In this document: piece after piece, positions 58,699 through 64,000 of the stretch
Layout: every line of letters begins with the position of its first letter
How positions within the stretch are numbered: the stretch's first letter is position 1
Source of the DNA: Methanobrevibacter sp.
Lineage (GTDB): Archaea > Methanobacteriota > Methanobacteria > Methanobacteriales > Methanobacteriaceae
Assembly: GCF_045539575.1 (NCBI RefSeq)
Contig: NZ_JAZQFM010000028.1
Coordinates: 113,687-177,686, forward strand
DNA length: 64,000 nt
Direction: 5' to 3'
Position numbers and translations under genes: made by a program
Notes under the pieces: generated by a model
Told to the model about the DNA's origin: nothing
What the model saw: only the letters and a program-made list of their open reading frames with translations
Database searches by the model: none

Positions 58699-60939
58699 TT
58701 AAATTTTTTTTGCTATAATAGCCTGTCCGAGTGAAACGGACCCGTCACCAGCACAAGTATTGATATGCTGTATGAAATTGTAACCTTCTTTTTCTACATG
58801 ATTTTTGACGGTATTTGTAATCGCTTCGTTGTAAAATACTCCGCCGGTTGCACCAATATCCTGAATTCCTTTTTTATCTGCAGCTTCAATTGCAAGTTCT
58901 GCAAGACCGTTTGCAACAGCATTCTGTCCTGCACATGCAACGTCCGCTTTCTTTTCACCATTCTGATATAATCTGACAACTTCTTTCAGTATTTCAGTTG
59001 TATTCAAAGTGCCATTTTCAATAATGTACGGGATTTCCAAATCTTTTGTTGCATAATATGCACAGGATTCGAGTTTCATGGAGCATTCCCCTTCATATGT
59101 TCTTTCATGAGCCACTTCAACAGCCACTGCCATTGAATCAAGAACTCTTCCGGTACTTGTTGTTTTGCCGACATTGATTCCTGAAGCCAGTTGCTTAAAG
59201 ATGTTTCTGATTTCAACTTCTCCGTATTTGAAATATTTTGAATAGTTTTTAATCAGATCCTCGTCATTTAAAATGCTTGCAAGCATTCTTGCGGGATATT
59301 TGGTTGCCATATCTCCACCAGGCATTAACTGGCTTTGAAGATGTCCCAATCTTTCAAAACTGTTAACATCTGTATAGAGAATCTCTCCGCCCCAGCTTGT
59401 TCCGTCACTTCCGTATCCGACACCGTCAGCTGCAATAACAATCATTTCTTCAAGGCTGTGGTCGTTTGCAAGGGCAATAGAGTGTGCGTGATGATGTTGA
59501 ATAGGCATCACTTCAGCATCATATTTTTCCGCAAGTTCATGTGCCAGTCTGGTTGTAAAGAAGTGGGGATGCATATCACATGCTATTATGTCGAATTCAT
59601 TGATTTTAGTAATTCTTTGCATATTTTCAATGGCCTGTCTTAAGAAATTCAGGGTTTTCGGCTTATTTGTATTTCCAATATGCTGTGAAGGATATACGAT
59701 ATTGTCCTTCGCCATTGAAAAGGTCACATCAAGTTCGGGACCTAATGCAAGAACATTTGCACCGTTAACTTTGTAATTAATTTTATATGGTTCTGGAGTG
59801 TATCCGCGTGATCTTCTGATGAATGACAGTTCATTATTCCTGAACCTGATGACTGAATCGTCGCACCTGTTGAGGATTTCACGGTTATGAACTAGGGAGT
59901 AATCATTAACTCCATTGATGATGTCCTCATTTCTAATCATCATAGGCTCTCCTGGAATATTTGCTGAAGTCATTACGTAAGTGTCAATGTCTCCTTCATC
60001 AAAAAGCAGATAATGCATAGGGGAATAAGGCAGCATAACTCCGATATTGTGAAGTCCTGGAGACAGGCTTTCAGGGAACGGATAATCATCATTTTTCTTT
60101 AAAATAACAATCGGACGTTTATTTGAGGTTATTGTTTCAATTTCCCTTTCGGATAGTTTGGCATAATTCTGGACTGATTCCAGGTCTTTGGCCATTACCG
60201 CAAATGCCTGATTTGGACGGTTCAGGCGTTTTCTTAGCTCTTTGATTGCTTTGTCATTGTAGGCATCAACGACCAGGTGTGTTCCGCCAATACCTTTTAT
60301 GGCCAATATTTTTCCTTCTTTCAGTTTATCTGCACCAACTTTGATTGGATTTTCAGTATCTATTTTTTCCAAACCTTCATATATTTCCATTTGAGGTCCG
60401 CAGTCACCGCAACAAATCGCCTCTCCGTGGTAACGTCTGTTTAAAGGTTCCCTGTATTCTACAAGACAGTCATCGCATAGCGGAAATTCTTCCATTGATG
60501 TCCTGATTCTGTCATAGGGGACACTTTCAATAACTGTAAATCTTGGTCCGCAGTCGGTACATGCATTAAACGGATATTTGTAACGTCTGTCATTCGGATT
60601 TCTTATCTCTTCCAGACATTTGTCGCAAATTGCTATGTCCGGTGGAATTACACTGATTCCGGAATATGAGTCTCCGCTTTCAATGATTTTAAAATCAGAA
60701 TAATTTTTCTCATCAATATCCTCCACATTCATTGAGTCAATCTTTGCAATTGGAGGCAATTCATTAGGTAATCTTTCGATGAATTTTTCTGTGTTTTCCC
60801 CTTCAATTATGATTTCAACTACATTTCCAAGGTTTCTTACATATCCGTTAAGATTCAGGTCAGATGCAAGCCTATAAACATAGGGCCTAAATCCTACGCC
60901 TTGAACTATTCCTTGAGTTAAAATCTTTTGAGCTTTCAT
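58699..60939 (-). CDS. hypF: [NiFe] hydrogenase maturation carbamoyltransferase HypF
   Basis: Acylphosphatase-like N-terminus (GIVQGVGFRPYVYRLA), two CxxC...CxxC zinc-finger pairs, a YrdC-like domain and a Kae1-like domain. 746 aa. Confidence 0.95.
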   Translation of the reverse strand: MKAQKILTQGIVQGVGFRPYVYRLASDLNLNGYVRNLGNVVEIIIEGENTEKFIERLPNELPPIAKIDSMNVEDIDEKNYSDFKIIESGDSYSGISVIPPDIAICDKCLEEIRNPNDRRYKYPFNACTDCGPRFTVIESVPYDRIRTSMEEFPLCDDCLVEYREPLNRRYHGEAICCGDCGPQMEIYEGLEKIDTENPIKVGADKLKEGKILAIKGIGGTHLVVDAYNDKAIKELRKRLNRPNQAFAVMAKDLESVQNYAKLSEREIETITSNKRPIVILKKNDDYPFPESLSPGLHNIGVMLPYSPMHYLLFDEGDIDTYVMTSANIPGEPMMIRNEDIINGVNDYSLVHNREILNRCDDSVIRFRNNELSFIRRSRGYTPEPYKINYKVNGANVLALGPELDVTFSMAKDNIVYPSQHIGNTNKPKTLNFLRQAIENMQRITKINEFDIIACDMHPHFFTTRLAHELAEKYDAEVMPIQHHHAHSIALANDHSLEEMIVIAADGVGYGSDGTSWGGEILYTDVNSFERLGHLQSQLMPGGDMATKYPARMLASILNDEDLIKNYSKYFKYGEVEIRNIFKQLASGINVGKTTSTGRVLDSMAVAVEVAHERTYEGECSMKLESCAYYATKDLEIPYIIENGTLNTTEILKEVVRLYQNGEKKADVACAGQNAVANGLAELAIEAADKKGIQDIGATGGVFYNEAITNTVKNHVEKEGYNFIQHINTCAGDGSVSLGQAIIAKKI

Positions 60940-60991
60940 AGATATATTATTTAAGTTAAATTTTATATAAAATTTTATCTTATATTATATT

Positions 60992-61753
60992 ATGAAAGAT
61001 ATTTTGGAAAAATTGGTCAAAGGGGATATTAGTGTTAATGAAGCTGAAAACCTGCTAAAATCCCAAAACATTTTGGAATTTGACAATGTTGCTAAGTTTG
61101 ATATTAAACGCAGTGACCGTACAGGTTTTCCGGAAGCTGTATTTTCACCTAGTAAGGATTATGAAGATTTAATATTGATTATAAAAAAATACCTGGAAAC
61201 TAGTGATGAGGATTTGATAATTACCAAATTGTCCGATGAGAGGTATGAAAGAATATTGAAGGATTTGGGCGAAAATTCATTTATTTTTGATTATAACAGG
61301 CGAGCCCAAATACTGATCATTAGAAAAGAAATCAAACCTAAAGAGATTACTGCAAAAATAGGAATTATCACTGCAGGAACTTCAGACATTAACATTGCCG
61401 AGGAAGCACGTGTCATTGTTGAAGAGGGCGGTTGTGAAGCCATTACCTCCTATGACATTGGCGTTGCAGGAATTCACAGGCTGTTTCCGCAGATTGCACA
61501 TATGGTAAAAGAGGGAGTTCGTGCATTCATTGTCTGTGCAGGAATGGAAGGTGCGCTTCCTTCAGTTGTTGCAGGTCTTGTTGATGTTCCGGTCATAGGC
61601 GTTCCAACTTCAGTGGGCTACGGCGTTGGCGAAGGCGGCAGAGTGGCACTTGATGCAATGCTTCAGTCATGTGCGCCGGGTATTGCTGTTGTAAATATTG
61701 ATAATGGTTTCGGAGCAGGAGTATTTGCATTAACAATAGTGAATAGTGATTAA
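60992..61753 (+). CDS. larB: LarB-like (PurE-fold) nickel-pincer cofactor biosynthesis protein
   Basis: 253 aa. The PurE-like C-terminal half ([18 protein letters not shown]...[16 protein letters not shown]...[11 protein letters not shown]) and the N-terminal extension are typical of LarB. Confidence 0.7.
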   Translation: MKDILEKLVKGDISVNEAENLLKSQNILEFDNVAKFDIKRSDRTGFPEAVFSPSKDYEDLILIIKKYLETSDEDLIITKLSDERYERILKDLGENSFIFDYNRRAQILIIRKEIKPKEITAKIGIITAGTSDINIAEEARVIVEEGGCEAITSYDIGVAGIHRLFPQIAHMVKEGVRAFIVCAGMEGALPSVVAGLVDVPVIGVPTSVGYGVGEGGRVALDAMLQSCAPGIAVVNIDNGFGAGVFALTIVNSD

Positions 61754-62315
61754 CTTGATTTACGAAACCTTCAATCCGAAAATCCATGATGTTAACCATG
61801 TTGCCCGTCTGGTTTATGATGTTGATTTTCGTACATTCGACATGCTTTTCAAATCAGATGAGGAGGCCGTAAAGTCCATTTCCAAATATTTGGCTAAAAA
61901 AAAGTTAAATGATTATTTTAAAGTCATTTTGGATGATGATAATCATATAATAGGTTATGTCAGCATCTATTTGCATGATGATGAAAGGGAATTTCATTTA
62001 AAATCCTGGAAATTATTTGTAGTGGATATTCTGGATCATTTTGTGCTATGTGACATTGAAAAGGATGATTTGTATCTGGCTGAAGTGGCTATCGATGAAT
62101 CTCAAAGAGGCAAGGGACTTGGAAGGCAAGTCGTTTTAGACGTTATTGAATATGCAAGGTCCAAAAACTATAAAAGGGTTACTCTTGATGCTGATTTTAG
62201 AAACAAGGGTGCAAAAAGGCTTTATGAATCAATAGGTTTTAAGGAATTCAATAAAAAAAGGTTAAAGATAGCTAGTTTTGAGCGTGGAATGCACAATATG
62301 GAGTTTAATCTCTAG
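61746..62315 (+). CDS. GNAT family N-acetyltransferase
   Basis: Acetyl-CoA motif A: [30 protein letters not shown]...[13 protein letters not shown]. Overlaps the larB stop. Confidence 0.75.
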   Translation: MINLIYETFNPKIHDVNHVARLVYDVDFRTFDMLFKSDEEAVKSISKYLAKKKLNDYFKVILDDDNHIIGYVSIYLHDDEREFHLKSWKLFVVDILDHFVLCDIEKDDLYLAEVAIDESQRGKGLGRQVVLDVIEYARSKNYKRVTLDADFRNKGAKRLYESIGFKEFNKKRLKIASFERGMHNMEFNL

Positions 62316-63972
62316 GAGGAATTTTGCTAATCGCTTCGTGAACCCTTTTGCAGTTGTTTTTATCTGTGAATATGAAATAGTCCTCAACATTCTGAACATG
62401 TTTTTCCTTCATTTCACAGTCATTTTTCATGTATTCCTCAATAAGATCAACTAATTCATCTTCATCGTGGCAGACTTCACCGAATCCCATTTTTTCATAA
62501 TCAAAATAACTTTCCTCTAAATTAAAGTGATAATCTTCTCCGTATTGGTAATATAGCACCGGCTTTTTGAGATATGCAAAATCAAATGCTACGGATGAAT
62601 AGTCAGTAATCATCAAAGCTCCTTTTTTAAACAGATCCTGATAGCTGCCACGCTCATGGTCTATTTTTATTGATTCATTCTCATCAAACAATCCTATATA
62701 TTGGTATACATGAGGATGTGGCCTGAAAATTATTTCGTAACCGTATTCCTTTGCCTTCTGGATTAATTTCTCATTGTTTATAAGTGAATTGTAAGTTCTA
62801 AAATAGCTGGAACTGCTTATTGTGTATTTGTTTTCATTATTGAGATATCTTCTCCATGACGGCATCAATAGGATTGTTTTTGTCTTTTCATCTTTCAGGT
62901 TGTCAAATCTTGGAAATCCCAATAGTTTAATGATTTTTTCATCATAATTGTAATAATATTTAAATAATGAGTCATATTCCTTTTGTGATGCTGTTAACAT
63001 GAAATCAAGGTTTTTGTCATATTTATTTAGCCAGCTGCATATGTTATTTAGTGTTATTCCATGCTGCAGGAATATTGTACTTGATTTTAAAATGCCTGCA
63101 AAGTTAGGGTAATGGCCCCAAAATGCATAGATATAATTGTTGTCCGGATGGGAGGTGATGATTTTTTCAGCAAATAATCCTAAAATCCTATGTTTCAGTG
63201 AGTGATATCCTATAACAGGACCTATTTTTTTCATTTTTCCGTAATCCGGTGTGTTTTTATCTATAATGAAATATTTCTTGATGTTCGGTTCGTCCTGTTT
63301 TATGGAATATTTAAACAAATGCATTCCGTTATCGTCAGCTATTGTTGGAAAATCCATATAAAACCATATTCTCTTATTTCTTAAAAATGGATACAATGCC
63401 AGATAAATCAGTCTGATAGGTATTGCTGTTTCAAATCCAGGAACTCTATTTTTTAACATTCCAAATAGGGTTTTTGCCTCTTTTTTAAGCCATTTTAAAG
63501 TTTTATATTTTTCAATTATTATTTTATCATTATTTAGAGTGCTTAGATATTTTCTGGTTTTTGAATAGCCTACGACTTTTGAGAAATTGCAGGGCCTTGA
63601 AAAGTCAATGTGCAAATCCTGATTGGTATCTGATTTGAATTTGAGTTCATATGTTTTACTGTTGTCCAGTTTCAGGTTAAATTCAAAAGTGTGGTTGGTT
63701 AGATATTTTTTATTCAGGTAGTATTTTTCCCTCTGTGGGAAGTTGACCTTTTTACTTTCAATTTTTTTATCATTTACATATACATCTATTTTTTCATCGG
63801 GACTGATTGAGTTTACATTCGCAAGTATGTATAAATTATCATCAATAATTTCGTATATGTCGATGAAAACTGTGTCTAATTTTAAGTATTGATTTAATTT
63901 AATTTGATCTGTTTCGGGATAGGAATCATCATTTTTAATATAGAGTAAAAAAGTTTTTATTTTCACATCCAT
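62305..63972 (-). CDS. CDP-glycerol glycerophosphotransferase (TagB/TagF family)-like protein
   Basis: 555 aa. The C-terminal half has LLMPSWR, FRPHP, MITDYSSVAFDF and KPVLYY, as in teichoic-acid poly(glycerol-phosphate) polymerases. Confidence 0.75.
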   Translation of the reverse strand: MDVKIKTFLLYIKNDDSYPETDQIKLNQYLKLDTVFIDIYEIIDDNLYILANVNSISPDEKIDVYVNDKKIESKKVNFPQREKYYLNKKYLTNHTFEFNLKLDNSKTYELKFKSDTNQDLHIDFSRPCNFSKVVGYSKTRKYLSTLNNDKIIIEKYKTLKWLKKEAKTLFGMLKNRVPGFETAIPIRLIYLALYPFLRNKRIWFYMDFPTIADDNGMHLFKYSIKQDEPNIKKYFIIDKNTPDYGKMKKIGPVIGYHSLKHRILGLFAEKIITSHPDNNYIYAFWGHYPNFAGILKSSTIFLQHGITLNNICSWLNKYDKNLDFMLTASQKEYDSLFKYYYNYDEKIIKLLGFPRFDNLKDEKTKTILLMPSWRRYLNNENKYTISSSSYFRTYNSLINNEKLIQKAKEYGYEIIFRPHPHVYQYIGLFDENESIKIDHERGSYQDLFKKGALMITDYSSVAFDFAYLKKPVLYYQYGEDYHFNLEESYFDYEKMGFGEVCHDEDELVDLIEEYMKNDCEMKEKHVQNVEDYFIFTDKNNCKRVHEAISKIPPRD

Positions 63973-64000
63973 GTCATCTTGGCTGTAAATATTTTCATCA

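Overview
AT-rich archaeal chromosomal segment (roughly 30% GC by eye; intergenic DNA is lower). The gene content indicates a methanogen of the order Methanobacteriales, most likely a Methanobrevibacter. Supporting content: frhADGB (F420-reducing hydrogenase), cfbD, hypF, the PCNA/GINS and L44e-S27e-aIF2alpha-Nop10-PAC2 clusters, giant adhesin-like proteins, and GGAGGTGA-type ribosome binding sites. About 60 genes are tightly packed.

Core content:
- A seven-gene trpEGDCFBA operon with overlapping or abutting junctions.
- purB, copA, truD, map and dus.
- Three tRNA-Arg genes.
- An initiator tRNA-Met followed 17 nt later by RNase P RNA.
- A bacterial-type grpE-dnaK-dnaJ operon, divergent from a Phr-like winged-helix regulator.

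Accessory content: a cell-surface block at about 36.4-53.6 kb. It holds a small secreted protein, a truncated oxidoreductase remnant, a DUF1002 exported protein, a 1640-aa CobN-like protein with export signals, and two repeat-rich adhesin-like proteins of about 1450 aa each.

No CRISPR array, transposase, integrase or obvious defence system was seen.

Most interesting candidates:
1. The apparently surface-displayed CobN/Mg-chelatase-H homologue.
2. A repeated TAAC-N5-GTTA operator-like motif flanking the grpE promoter, next to the Phr-like regulator, plus a long inverted repeat in the grpE leader.
3. Two secreted-protein genes where a strong SD is followed at canonical spacing by ACG or ATT instead of ATG.
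4. A GC-rich structured intergenic island.

All calls rest on reading the translations and sequence by eye. No searches were run.
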